From: an uncultured Deferribacteres bacterium
GTDB lineage: Bacteria; Zhuqueibacterota; Zhuqueibacteria; Zhuqueibacterales; Geothermadaptataceae
Direction: 5' to 3'
Length of the DNA: 64,000 nucleotides
Assembly (NCBI GenBank): GCA_964014485.1
Contig: CAXHAT010000009.1
Location: forward strand, 9,974-73,973
Made by a program: the position numbers and the translations under genes. Under the pieces are notes generated by a model, which was not told the DNA's origin, made no database searches, and worked only from the letters and a program-made list of their open reading frames with translations. Below, piece by piece: positions 20,401 to 29,129 of the stretch; positions within the stretch are counted from its first letter, which is position 1, and each line of letters opens with the position of its first letter.

Positions 20401-20978
20401 ATGTCCGCCAGCGCCATCGACGTGCTTCCTTTGTCAGCCGTCAGCCCGACTTGTTCGGTGACTTCCGTAAAAACGCCCTTGCCGTCATTGAAAAAACAGG
20501 CGTTCGGGCCGCCCAATGCGTTGACGAGCAAATCGAGATCGCCGTCGCCGTCCAGATCAGCGAAAGTCGTGCCGGTGGAAAAGCGATCCGGGCAGGCGAC
20601 GCCGGCTTTTTCCGTGACGTCTTCAAATCGCCAGTCGCCGAGGTTTTTGTAGAGTGCGTTTGGGCCGTCCATCCGGCAAAAATAGAGATCGATCAGACCG
20701 TCGCCGTCAATATCGCCGGCAGCGACGCCGGAGCCGCCGAGCAGAAACCGATTTCCGGCAAGCTGCTCTTTTTGAATGCGGTTTTCAAACGCAACGCCGG
20801 TTTCGGCTGCCGGGAGAGTCGCGAATCCTGGTTTGCCGGATTCAGGAACACTCAGTTCCGCCCAGCGAAATCCGTTTTCTTCTTGCCACTTTAGCGCATG
20901 GTTGTTTGGAGATAGAAAAAAGCACCCTCCCCCTAGAACGAAAAAACCAAAGATAACTTTGAGTGTCAGATTTTTCAT
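17430..20978 (-). CDS. FG-GAP/VCBS repeat protein with ASPIC/UnbV domains (CRTAC1-like), probably exported
   Basis: Many DxDGDGDxD repeats and two ASPIC-like segments (GVGAKV...IEVTW; AVGAVI...IRWPNG). Likely ATG start at 20978 (ORF track gives 21011). Confidence 0.88.
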   Translation of the reverse strand: MKNLTLKVIFGFFVLGGGCFFLSPNNHALKWQEENGFRWAELSVPESGKPGFATLPAAETGVAFENRIQKEQLAGNRFLLGGSGVAAGDIDGDGLIDLYFCRMDGPNALYKNLGDWRFEDVTEKAGVACPDRFSTGTTFADLDGDGDLDLLVNALGGPNACFFNDGKGVFTEVTEQVGLTADKGSTSMALADIEGDGDLDIYVTNFKKRSVESLFPPAERAPHLVAQKIGKEYQIAPKFEGHYRVEMVDGQPTLFENPDTDFLYLNNGDGVFEEVSFEEGRFKNEAFEQMTPPKDWGLQPTFRDMDNDGDPDIFVCNDYWSPDRIWINDGDGRFHAIPKNAIRHTSRFTMAVDFSDINRDGHEDFYLIDMLARNHERRMQQMSPAENTPNSGGRPQLKRNTLFLNRGDQTYAEIGQYSGVEASEWTWTARFLDVDLDGYEDILTTNGQLHDFEDVDTNNRVQQLSAFGYDYRRLTTLYPDYLTPNVAFRNKRDLTFEDVSAEWGFTEPDVAWGLALADFDNDGDLDLATNRLDMSAGIYRNESPASRIAVRLRGADGNTQGVGAKVRVVGGPVVQQKEVIVGGTYLSGSDPLLVFAAGESDSLTIEVTWRNGKTSLVPRAQPNRIYEIFDSGAVEAKHSGDAATTTPFFVEERRFDLDAPDENDENEFRKQPLLPKQISNPGTSAAWLDLDGDSNVDLIFGRGGRGAPIVFRNRGQSVFSAPSKTASSKDFYHNLAAQTHKFFKGEEQARVVVFADYDGDGDLDVFVGGGAVSGRYPESEPSFFLKNANGVLKTDEENLGAGENFGLVTSAVFSDMDDDGDPDLILAVEWGAIRILQNQDGKFIETTEKWGMENYTGMWQGVTTGDLNADGKPDIIAANWGVNTAYKANPEHPRYLFYGDFDSNGVFDLIEAHTDSATGKVVPDGSFTELTRAIPIVGSRMRNNQNYAASSVEEILGSVYKRAKRLSVNTAASMVFLNRGDHFEAVAMPPEAQFTVANAANVADFDGDGHDDVFLSQNLLSTRRESDRQDGGRGLWLRGDGTGGLEAVSGQTSGIKIYGEQNGAALGDFNADGRVDLIVAQKNAPAVLYRNTLAKQGIRVKLNGIAGNPEAVGAVIRIIYQNGDMGPAREIQAAAGRLSRGAFVQLLGLRSQPKTLWIRWPNGKIQETPIANDAKEIVVGMQ

Positions 20979-21024
20979 TAAAATACAAGTACGTCTTATC
21001 GATGCTGTCAAAAAACTTTGAGAC

Positions 21025-21115
21025 TGTCATACTGTAAGCATCTTTTTTGATCTAACCCTTGAACTTTTGAGCGTATTCCGTGGCGGGCGATAACAAAGAT
21101 TCCTTCAGAATGACA
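21025..21115. repeat. Family C palindromic core
   Basis: TGTCATACTGTAAGCATCTTTTTTGATCTAACCCTTGAAC...AAAGATTCCTTCAGAATGACA closely matches the reverse complement of the core at 12348-12437. Confidence 0.75.
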
Positions 21116-21138
21116 TGCCATGAGAATTTAAGCTCTTG

Positions 21139-22515
21139 TTATTTATACCGCTTACCATGCTTGATCACAATATCGACGTCTTGCAATAAGCTTATCCAAC
21201 GCAGGACGTCGCCGCGAACGGCGATAATGTCGGCGTATTTACCCTCGCTGATCGTGCCGACTTCGTTTTCCACGCCCATCATTTTGGCGGGCCAGTAGGT
21301 TGCGGCGCGAATGGCGTACATAGGATCGAGACCGAACTCATTGACCCAAACGTCCAATTCGTTCCAGGTTGATTGGCTGTGAAATTTCATTGGAATGCCG
21401 CTGTCCGTGCCGATCAAAACGGTGACGCCGGACTCGATGAGTTGTTTGACCTTACGCTCCAGCGTCGGGCGGCGGCTGGGCGTGAGCTGAAAATAAGGCA
21501 GGCGGTCGGGATGTTGGAATGACTGGTAAATATCATCGATGACTGAATCGGGCAGACCAACTTTCCAGGACGGATCGTCGAGTTTTTCCGCATTGTCGCG
21601 TACATATTCATAGTTGTAGAGTCCTTCAACCGTCGGCGTCCAGAAAAGCGGGCCTTTGTTCATTTGCGCGGTGCGCTCGCGGATCATCTCAATCACGTCC
21701 GGCGGATATTCCGGGGCGGTGGAAAGTCCTGTGTGCTCGAAACAATCCACGCCTGCGATGAGCCCGCGCCGAATTTCTTCGGGACGATGTGAATGCGCGA
21801 CCACGGTCAAATTGTGCTTGTGCGCTTCGTCAACCACGGCGATGACTTCTTCCATCGTCATCTGATCCTGATCGATCAATTTAATGCAATCGACTCCGGC
21901 TTCGGCCAATTTACGCACTTTTTCGCGCGCGTCCTTTTCGCCGCTCACGCCCCAGCGGAATTGCTCAGTTCCAGGATAAGGTTTGTGTTGAATAAACGGG
22001 CCGGAAACGTAGATCGTCGGGCCGGGGATTTCGCCGGAATTGATCGCGTCACGTACGGCGACGCTTTCTTCCAACGGGCCGCCCAGATCGCGCGCACTGG
22101 TGACGCCCGCCAGCAAAAGTTGCTTCGCGGAAGCGGGCATGATGACGTCTTTAAAAAGCGGCGGATATTTTTCGTCCCAATGGCCATAGTCTGCATGGCC
22201 GTTGATCATGAGATGGACGTGCATGTCCCAAAGACCGGGCAAGACGCTCATGCCCTCGGTCGAAATAATCTCGGCATTTTCGGGAATTTCAATATCGCCG
22301 ATTTCCCCTACTGCTTGAATCCGTTCGCCTTCGATAATAATCACGCTATTCCGAATCGGATCGCTGCCAAAACCGTCGATGAGCGTTCCGCCGACCAGCG
22401 CTTTTGTTTGTCCGGAAAGCTCAGCGTTTGAAAGGACGACGGTAAAAATCAAAAAAAAGGCCGGGGCGGAGAAAAACGTTTTCAGGCGGGTTAAAGGTTG
22501 CGATAACATTATCAT
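21139..22515 (-). CDS. Amidohydrolase family protein (Xaa-Pro dipeptidase-like), secreted
   Basis: PGLWDMHVH, AHSH, EH, GTDSG and G.I..GKYADII motifs plus a signal peptide. Confidence 0.9.
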   Translation of the reverse strand: MIMLSQPLTRLKTFFSAPAFFLIFTVVLSNAELSGQTKALVGGTLIDGFGSDPIRNSVIIIEGERIQAVGEIGDIEIPENAEIISTEGMSVLPGLWDMHVHLMINGHADYGHWDEKYPPLFKDVIMPASAKQLLLAGVTSARDLGGPLEESVAVRDAINSGEIPGPTIYVSGPFIQHKPYPGTEQFRWGVSGEKDAREKVRKLAEAGVDCIKLIDQDQMTMEEVIAVVDEAHKHNLTVVAHSHRPEEIRRGLIAGVDCFEHTGLSTAPEYPPDVIEMIRERTAQMNKGPLFWTPTVEGLYNYEYVRDNAEKLDDPSWKVGLPDSVIDDIYQSFQHPDRLPYFQLTPSRRPTLERKVKQLIESGVTVLIGTDSGIPMKFHSQSTWNELDVWVNEFGLDPMYAIRAATYWPAKMMGVENEVGTISEGKYADIIAVRGDVLRWISLLQDVDIVIKHGKRYK

Positions 22516-22633
22516 TCAGACTTCCACAAGTGTTGAGTTTCGTTTGAAAACACGCGAACATTTGCTTGGCAAGAAACGCCGTTTGCAGTTTAACGAAGAA
22601 TGCAAGCCGTTATCAAACAAAAAACAACTAGCC

Positions 22634-22773
22634 TTCTGAGACGCCCTTTTCGAAGTGCGACGATTCATCGTCGCCAGTGACGGCAAGTCACACTCAAACG
22701 CTTCAGCGTTTGACTCCGGGGCAACTCTCTTCGCAAGACCGCGAGTGCAGTTGGCGAGCTGAATAACTCAGAA
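22634..22773. repeat. Repeat family A, copy 4 (reverse, uninterrupted)
   Basis: TTCTGAG...GAAGTGCGACGATTCATCGTCGC...CAAACGCTTCAGCGTTTGACTCCG...CTCAGAA. Confidence 0.75.
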
Positions 22774-22799
22774 TGTCCCGAACGACTTTCCGGGAAATT

Positions 22800-24605
22800 C
22801 TAATCTGATTTTACAGGACTTTCAACTATGGCGGGCGTGATGACGGGCAGCATTATGACTGACGGATTCTCAGGCGAGTAGTGCAATTTAACCGTTGTCG
22901 GCGCCGGCTTCGAAGAGCTGGCACTGCTTTCGACCAATTTACAGAGAATTGTAGCGCGGATTCTGGTTCCCGCTTGAAAAACCGCTGAAAACGGATAGAG
23001 CGCGAACTCCAATCGAGTCGGCTCGTCGGTGACAAGCGGCGCAGTATCTTCTTCAAAGCTTCTGCGCCAGGGCGCGCCGAGGACGTTGTGGCGCGGTTTG
23101 GATTGTTTTCGGTGGGAAGCGACAAGTTTCCCTGAGCTCAGGCTGCGAACCGCGCCAGACGCTTCAACTTCTTCCAGTTTGACGCAAAAAGCCAAATCCG
23201 GCGAGTCCGCGCTAATCTCGAAGGAAACAACGGGGTGACCGGTTACTTTTATTTCATCAGCGAAAGGCTCGGACGTGTGGACGAACGCTGTTTGCCATTT
23301 TTCACGGCTGGTGACAGCAAAAGAAGCCGGGGCTTGTTCTGGAAGATTACTCAATTGCGGCGAGAGTAATTCGTCTGCATGAAAAACAAATTCGACCGGT
23401 TCCGAATTTTCAGGCGGCCAGGTTGCTGATCTCTCCCAGGCCCATTCTTTCGATGAAAGCCGGGTTGCGTAGACAATTTCAGAAAAAGGCTGATCGCTTG
23501 TCTTTTCGTCCTGCATCCAACGGCCAAACCATTGAACTTGTTCTTCCTGTAAAATTTGCTTCCGCTCATTTCGCGCCTTTCCTCCGAAAATCGCCGGGAA
23601 GATAAGTGCGCGTCCTAGCGTATCTAAATTGGCGAACCAGAGCAGCGCATTGTTTGCAGACGCCGTTCCCCATCGGGCGCACAAGAATACCGGCGTCCCG
23701 GCGTCAACAATATCATCCGCCTGCCGCATCGGGTTATTTCTATGGTAGATCACCTGTTTTTCAGAGCTGTCTCGGAATGGCAGCAACGGCAGAATCGAGT
23801 CTGCGCGCCAATTTCCGGTGCGCATCTTCAGCGCCTGATCCAACAAATTCCTCTCGGGGTCTTCATCCACCGGCGTGAAAATCTCCGGCGCAGATACGCC
23901 GCCGGTCAACCTGATCATTTTTTTCGCGGCAATCGGATCATAATCGCCGCCGGGATAAAAATTTTCATAGCTGTCAAAAATCGGCGCGATTGAAAATACG
24001 GTTTTCAAAGCGGGCGGCGCTTCACCCGCGGCCATGAGTGAGGCGGTTGCTTCGTAATTCCGCCCAATCATCGCCACCTTGCCGTTGCACCAGGACTGCG
24101 AAGCCAGCCATTCGGTAATTTCATATGCGTCGCGCGTTTCGTCTTTTGAAAACGGCGCGTCGAAAACGCCGAATGAAGCGCCCGAGCCGCGCGCTTCAAC
24201 GAGAACAACAATGTATCCTTCCAAAACCAGGGCGCGCAAATCGGAACGAAATTCGATCATCGAACGCACGGCGTCGTCCTCTTTTAGAGCGCGCGGCATT
24301 CGCGTATGCACCCACAGAACCGGAAATTTACCGGCTGCGACCGTTCCGCTTTGGGCCGGACGGATCACGTCCATTGCGAGCTTAACCCCGTCGCGCATAC
24401 TCAAATAACGGGACGAGCGCGTCCACGAATCAAAACGATTGCTTTTCGTGCTGTCGCCGGATTCCGCAAAGATAATTTCGCGCTCAACCGTGAGCGACGC
24501 GCTGTCTTCCAAAACGCGCTTGCAAGTTGCGGTCGTACAAAAAATGATGAAAATAAAAATTGCCTGGCTGCGGAACGTCCACTTTCCGCTTCTTCCCTTA
24601 ACCAC
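22800..24605 (-). CDS. CocE/NonD family hydrolase homolog (catalytic Ser absent)
   Basis: MRDGVKLA, RGSGASFG, EWLASQSWCNGKV and a C-terminal PepX_C-like domain. The nucleophile motif reads GRNY. Confidence 0.82.
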   Translation of the reverse strand: MVKGRSGKWTFRSQAIFIFIIFCTTATCKRVLEDSASLTVEREIIFAESGDSTKSNRFDSWTRSSRYLSMRDGVKLAMDVIRPAQSGTVAAGKFPVLWVHTRMPRALKEDDAVRSMIEFRSDLRALVLEGYIVVLVEARGSGASFGVFDAPFSKDETRDAYEITEWLASQSWCNGKVAMIGRNYEATASLMAAGEAPPALKTVFSIAPIFDSYENFYPGGDYDPIAAKKMIRLTGGVSAPEIFTPVDEDPERNLLDQALKMRTGNWRADSILPLLPFRDSSEKQVIYHRNNPMRQADDIVDAGTPVFLCARWGTASANNALLWFANLDTLGRALIFPAIFGGKARNERKQILQEEQVQWFGRWMQDEKTSDQPFSEIVYATRLSSKEWAWERSATWPPENSEPVEFVFHADELLSPQLSNLPEQAPASFAVTSREKWQTAFVHTSEPFADEIKVTGHPVVSFEISADSPDLAFCVKLEEVEASGAVRSLSSGKLVASHRKQSKPRHNVLGAPWRRSFEEDTAPLVTDEPTRLEFALYPFSAVFQAGTRIRATILCKLVESSASSSKPAPTTVKLHYSPENPSVIMLPVITPAIVESPVKSD

Positions 24606-24770
24606 AATGCGCCACTCCTTCTAACCCTCTCAAAAAGCGATCTCTACCGCAAGATTTCTCGAAATATTTGTCGGTTTCATTTTGTTGCTTTTCATTCAAT
24701 ACCTGCCAACGGCGGCAGGTGGCAACGAATTGCTTGCTAAACGACCGTTCTTTCGCCAAATATAGTTTAA

Positions 24771-25012
24771 CTGATGTTACGTGCGACAACGCACATCCTG
24801 AGTCTTGGGGCAAACATCGTCTCATTAGCGCCGGGCTTCAGCCCGGTGAAGCGCAAAACGCCCATTTTCTCTCTTCCGCCGCGCAAGCGCGGCGGAAGAG
24901 AGAAAGAAAAAATTCTTTAAAACCCTCCGCTCTGAAGAGCGGAGCTAATGAGAATCAAAAATCGCCCGCAGGCTTTGATGGCGCGTGCTAAACGATACGA
25001 GCGTAACATCAG
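24771..25012. mobile_element. MITE family D, copy 1
   Basis: IR CTGATGTTACG / CGTAACATCAG. Inner IR TCTCATTAGC / GCTAATGAGA with hairpins CCGGGCTTCAGCCCGG and CCGCTCTGAAGAGCGG. Direct-repeat partner of 25366-25607. Confidence 0.85.
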
Positions 25013-25050
25013 GTTTTAAGTGTGATTCAAAATGGAGCGATAAGCAGAAA

Positions 25051-25365
25051 ATGGCGAAAATGAAAAAGTTCAAAGTGCTTTCATTTGCAAAATTCCAAGC
25101 CGTTGTCTTGGCGATAGTCGGTTTGTTCGCCGGGATTTTGTATTCATTTGGCGGCGCGATCTACGACCTGCTCGTGAGCGCGGGGGTTTTAAGCAGCACC
25201 TCAACGTCGGGACTAAGCTATGGTACGGCGCTCGCATTTTTGGCGCTTTTCGGAATGCCAGTCATATTTGCCGCCTTTGGATTCATGGCAGGGCTCGTGG
25301 AAGCCGTTCTGTACAACATTTTTGCAAAATGGTTTGGATGGTTGAAAACAGATTTTATTCAATAA
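25051..25365 (+). CDS. Small two-TM membrane protein, hypothetical
   Basis: Two hydrophobic segments and a LYNIFAKWFG C-terminus. ATG start at 25051 or 25060. Confidence 0.7.
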   Translation: MAKMKKFKVLSFAKFQAVVLAIVGLFAGILYSFGGAIYDLLVSAGVLSSTSTSGLSYGTALAFLALFGMPVIFAAFGFMAGLVEAVLYNIFAKWFGWLKTDFIQ

Positions 25366-25607
25366 CTCATGTTACGCGCGTCAACGCACATCCTGAATCT
25401 TGAGGCAAATCTCGTCTCATTAGCGCCGGGCTTCAGCCCGGTGACGCACAAAACGCCCATTTTCTTCTCCTCCGCCGCGCCGGCGCGGCGAAAGAGAAGG
25501 GGCGGTCGCTTTCAAAAGTCTCCGCTCTGAAGAGCGGAGCTAATGAGAACCAAAAGTTTCCCGCAGGCTTTGATTGCTCGCGCCAAAAAACGCGTACGCA
25601 ACATCAG
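25366..25607. mobile_element. MITE family D, copy 2
   Basis: CTCATGTTACG / CGCAACATCAG ends. Perfect flanking duplication TCAATAA (25359-25365, 25608-25614). Confidence 0.85.
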
Positions 25608-25652
25608 TCAATAAACCCGCTTTCATAGAGAACAGAGTTGGAAGGAGAAAAA

Positions 25653-26309
25653 ATGATAAAAAGGCATTTTCAGATCGCGCTGTGCGGCGTCTTATTGCTC
25701 GCATCAGTTTTACAGGCTCAAAACGAGAATGACAACATGCGCAAACAACGACAACCTGCGGATTCTCCCGAAGAAATTCGCCCGCTCCTCGTGGGACAAA
25801 TCATTCCTGATCTTGAAGTTAAAAACCTCGAAAACCAGGCTGTGGCGCTCAGAAAAGCCATCGCGGAGAAACCGACGATTCTGATTTTTTATCGCGGCGG
25901 CTGGTGCCCCTATTGCAATCGTCATCTGGGACAAGTTGCTGAAGTTGAGGAAGAACTTTTGAAAATGGGGTATCAAATCATTGCGCTCAGCCCCGACCGC
26001 CCGGAAAAGTTGGCCAAGACCGTTGACAAAAACAGCCTGAGCTACCAACTGCTTTCAGACAGCAAAATGACCGTTTCAACGGCCTTTGGGCTCAGCTTTA
26101 AAATGCCGGACAAAGCCGTTGCGCGCTACAAAAAAATAGGCATCGATCTCGAAGCGTCTTCAGGCGAAGACCATCATTTATTGCCTGTTCCCGCCGCGTT
26201 TGTCCTCGGAACTGACGGCATGATTCATTTTTCGTACGTCAACCCAAACTACAAAGTGCGCATTAACGGCGACGTATTGCTTGCCGCGGCGAAAGCGGCG
26301 TTGGAATAA
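25653..26309 (+). CDS. Peroxiredoxin-like AhpC/TSA family protein, secreted
   Basis: FYRGGWCPYC and LPVPA.FV...G.I motifs, a signal peptide and an AAGGAG RBS. Confidence 0.88.
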   Translation: MIKRHFQIALCGVLLLASVLQAQNENDNMRKQRQPADSPEEIRPLLVGQIIPDLEVKNLENQAVALRKAIAEKPTILIFYRGGWCPYCNRHLGQVAEVEEELLKMGYQIIALSPDRPEKLAKTVDKNSLSYQLLSDSKMTVSTAFGLSFKMPDKAVARYKKIGIDLEASSGEDHHLLPVPAAFVLGTDGMIHFSYVNPNYKVRINGDVLLAAAKAALE

Positions 26310-26998
26310 TGCCCGGCGCCAGCCAGCCAGTCTATTCGCAGCAAACGGAAGTGCATGAAAAGCTGGCGGCCATTGTCCAGCGCCACATTAGGCACGATTT
26401 TCAAAAGGTCATCGCCCGCCATACATTGGCTGCTTTTGAAGAGGTCGCCAAAATCGTCGCGAATCAAAATTTGCCCCTGATTTTGGACTCAGGGTGCGGT
26501 ACGGGTTTAAGCACTTTTCAAATTGCAAAATCACACCCGGATCATTTTGTCCTGGGCATTGACAAGTCCGGCCACAGATTAGCAAAAACTCCCGACGACG
26601 ACCGCGAACCTGCCAATTGTTCTTTTGTCCGCGCAGACCTGATCGATTTTTGGCGACTGGCCGTGCGTGCAAATTGGCGAGTCGCGAAACACTTCCTGCT
26701 TTATCCAAATCCCTGGCCGAAAAAAAACCACCTTCAACGCAGATTTCACGCTCATCCCGTCTTTCCGGATTTAGTCCGCCTCGGGGAAAAATTTATTCTG
26801 CGCAGCAATTGGAATATCTATTTACAAGAATTTTCAGCGGCGTTTGAGTTGGCGACCAGCTTCAAATCTCAAGTGCGCCAAATTCAGGTTCAAACGCCAA
26901 TGACGCTTTTTGAAAAAAAATACCACGACAGCGGCCACGCGATTTATGAGCTCTTGATTGAGAAAGATGGATCGCTGGAGAAGTTCGGGCTTGCCTGA
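26309..26998 (+). CDS. TrmB-like SAM-dependent methyltransferase
   Basis: LDSGCGTG, GIDKS, YPNPWPK, LRSNW and T.FEKKY motifs. TAATG overlap with the upstream gene. Confidence 0.8.
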   Translation: MPGASQPVYSQQTEVHEKLAAIVQRHIRHDFQKVIARHTLAAFEEVAKIVANQNLPLILDSGCGTGLSTFQIAKSHPDHFVLGIDKSGHRLAKTPDDDREPANCSFVRADLIDFWRLAVRANWRVAKHFLLYPNPWPKKNHLQRRFHAHPVFPDLVRLGEKFILRSNWNIYLQEFSAAFELATSFKSQVRQIQVQTPMTLFEKKYHDSGHAIYELLIEKDGSLEKFGLA

Positions 26999-27116
26999 CG
27001 CTGCAAAATCCAACCGGCGCCATTTGTTATTTCCAACTTTGAATCCGTCGTCGCTTTGTTAGTTTTTCGTGATAGTTTTGTGCTTATTCAAGCGTTTACA
27101 AAAGAAATCACGATAA

Positions 27117-27257
27117 GTGCGTGTTTGGAAAGTCTCAAATTGTCATGCTGGAAGCATCTTTTTTATCCTTTTCCGCAAAAGTTGTGGGAACGTTCATACC
27201 TGGCGACTTAAAAAGATTCCTACGGAATGACAAAACAGGGGCTTTCCAAATACGCTC
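27117..27257. mobile_element. MITE (GAG-type ends, TAA duplication) with family C core
   Basis: TAA[GTGCGTGTTTGGAAAG...CTTTCCAAATACGCTC]TAA. Core TGTCATGCTGGAAGCATC...GATTCCTACGGAATGACA. Confidence 0.75.
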
Positions 27258-27286
27258 TAATTTTTAAAACTGGAAAAACTTGAACA

Positions 27287-27532
27287 ATGGCGGATTTTTT
27301 TGCTTATGCTTTTTTGGTTTATTTAGGAATCGGCTTTCTCTTTTCGCTGGCTTTTGTCTTCGCGGGGGCCGGGAAAATCGATCCCGACGCCCAAAAGGGA
27401 ACAATCGGCTTTCGGCTGCTCATTATTCCGGGATCAATGGCCCTCTGGCCGGTTTTAGCCAAGCGCTGGTTCTCCGGCCAAAACGTCCCGCCAGTAGAAA
27501 AAAACGCACACGACAAAGCGGCAATCAATTAA
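27287..27532 (+). CDS. Small membrane protein, hypothetical
   Basis: 81 aa: YLGIGFLF...IDP.A...GFRLLIIPG..ALWP. First gene of a tight four-gene cluster. Confidence 0.75.
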   Translation: MADFFAYAFLVYLGIGFLFSLAFVFAGAGKIDPDAQKGTIGFRLLIIPGSMALWPVLAKRWFSGQNVPPVEKNAHDKAAIN

Positions 27533-27547
27533 TTCAAAGGATAAAGC

Positions 27548-28042
27548 GTGGTTCACAACCTCAGAAATCGCCACAGAATGACGTTTATTGTTTTGGCGAT
27601 CGTTATTCCGGCAGGCTTCGTTGCCTCAATCGCCGGGCGCAAACCTATTCCCACGGACGACAGGGTTTCACAAATCACTCAGCCCGAGACGACACAGCCA
27701 TCGCAATTTATCTTCAGCGAAGATGATTTGTGGCAAAATCATCCAATTCAAACAAAAGCGTTTTTCACGGACTCCGTTCTGACGCTTGAATTGACGCCGC
27801 AAACGTATCTTGCGTATCCCGATCTTCTGGTTTATTGGCACAGCGGCGCAACGAATTCGGAAGCGTTGCCGCAAAATGCTTACTTACTCGGCGCGCAGAA
27901 CAACAACGCCGCCAGCCTGTTCACACTGCCTGCCAACGCCGCAGGCTCGCCGGGAACGCTCGTTCTTTACAGCCTGGCGCAACAACAAGTGATCGACCAA
28001 GCCGCGCTGGCGCTCAAACTGAATTCCGAAGGAGGGTTTTAA
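27548..28042 (+). CDS. Membrane-anchored hypothetical protein
   Basis: N-terminal TM segment after LRNRHR, then PDLLVYW...YLLG...LYSLA. Confidence 0.72.
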   Translation: MVHNLRNRHRMTFIVLAIVIPAGFVASIAGRKPIPTDDRVSQITQPETTQPSQFIFSEDDLWQNHPIQTKAFFTDSVLTLELTPQTYLAYPDLLVYWHSGATNSEALPQNAYLLGAQNNNAASLFTLPANAAGSPGTLVLYSLAQQQVIDQAALALKLNSEGGF

Positions 28043-29086
28043 ATGGCGCATTCTTATCAAGCCGTCACCTGGACGCGCCAGAAGCGGATTTATGATCTTT
28101 CACTGCTTTCGGGTGTGGTTCTTTTTATGGCCGTTTTCTTTGTCGTCGGTCTCATTTTTCACCCGGCGATCACGGCTGAAACGCTGATGATTCGCAGCAT
28201 GGCGGGGGCGTCGTTCGCGCTTCTGCACGTCATTCTTTCCATCGGCCCGCTCTGCCGCTTGAATGACCGATTTTTGCCCTTGCTCTATAACCGCCGACAT
28301 TTGGGCGTGACCATGTTCATTCTCGCTTTCGGCCATGGCTTTTTATCGATTTTTCAGTTCCACGCGTTGGGAAATGTTAATCCGTTGGTGAGCTTGTTTA
28401 CCAGCAACGGCGCTTACGGCAGTTTGAGCGCCTTCCCTTTTCAACCGCTCGGTTTTTTTGCGCTGATCATTTTGTTTTTAATGGCTGCGACGAGTCATGA
28501 TTTCTGGCTCGTCAACCTCACGCCGCTGGTCTGGAAGGCGTTGCACATGCTGGTTTACATTGCGTACGGCCTGATCGTCTTGCACGTCGCGTTCGGCGTT
28601 TTGCAGTCCGAAACCAGCCCGGTTTACACGATTCTGGTTGGCGCGGGATTTTTGTGGATAGTCGGCTTGCATCTCGTCGCCGGGTTTAAGGAAAAGCCCA
28701 AAGATCAAAAACAGGCGCTGTCGCAAACTTCCGAATTCGTCGAAGTTTGCAGCGTGGACGAAATTCCCGAAAAGCGGGCTTTTATTGCAACGCTCTCCGG
28801 CGAACGCGTTGCGGTTTTCAAGTACGACGGCAAAATTTCGGCGGTCTCCAACGTCTGCCGTCACCAGAACGGCCCTTTAGGCGAAGGCCAAATCATTGAC
28901 GGCCTGATTACCTGTCCCTGGCACGGCTACCAGTACAAGCCTGACTGCGGCAAGTCGCCGGAACCGTTTACCGAACAAGTCACGACGTTTAACGTCAAAA
29001 TTCAGAATGGGCGCGTATTGGTTGATCCAAAGCCGAATCCTGCTGGGACGCAGGTGGAACCGGCAAAAGTGACTGATAAAATGTAG
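28043..29086 (+). CDS. Ferric reductase-like (MsrQ-type) transmembrane domain fused to a Rieske [2Fe-2S] ferredoxin
   Basis: RRHLG, ATS, WKALH..VY and VLH heme-type motifs. C-terminal CRH...CPWH Rieske motif. Confidence 0.88.
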   Translation: MAHSYQAVTWTRQKRIYDLSLLSGVVLFMAVFFVVGLIFHPAITAETLMIRSMAGASFALLHVILSIGPLCRLNDRFLPLLYNRRHLGVTMFILAFGHGFLSIFQFHALGNVNPLVSLFTSNGAYGSLSAFPFQPLGFFALIILFLMAATSHDFWLVNLTPLVWKALHMLVYIAYGLIVLHVAFGVLQSETSPVYTILVGAGFLWIVGLHLVAGFKEKPKDQKQALSQTSEFVEVCSVDEIPEKRAFIATLSGERVAVFKYDGKISAVSNVCRHQNGPLGEGQIIDGLITCPWHGYQYKPDCGKSPEPFTEQVTTFNVKIQNGRVLVDPKPNPAGTQVEPAKVTDKM

Positions 29087-29110
29087 CGACGCGATGCATC
29101 GCGTCTCTAC
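29083..29110. repeat. GTAG-family REP palindrome overlapping a stop codon
   Basis: GTAGCGACGCGATGCATCGCGTCTCTAC. Confidence 0.7.
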
Positions 29111-29129
29111 CAAGATGGAGATATTTTAA

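Noticed and set aside
19791..20894. 367-aa plus-strand ORF
   Set aside because: Antisense shadow of the FG-GAP gene with no recognisable motifs.
24720..24733. TGGCAACGAATTGC as a sigma54 promoter
   Set aside because: GG-to-GC spacing is 9 nt, not the required 10.
24771..25607. Integron cassette with attC sites
   Set aside because: The repeats have TIRs and target duplications typical of MITEs, are longer than typical attC sites, and no integron integrase is present.
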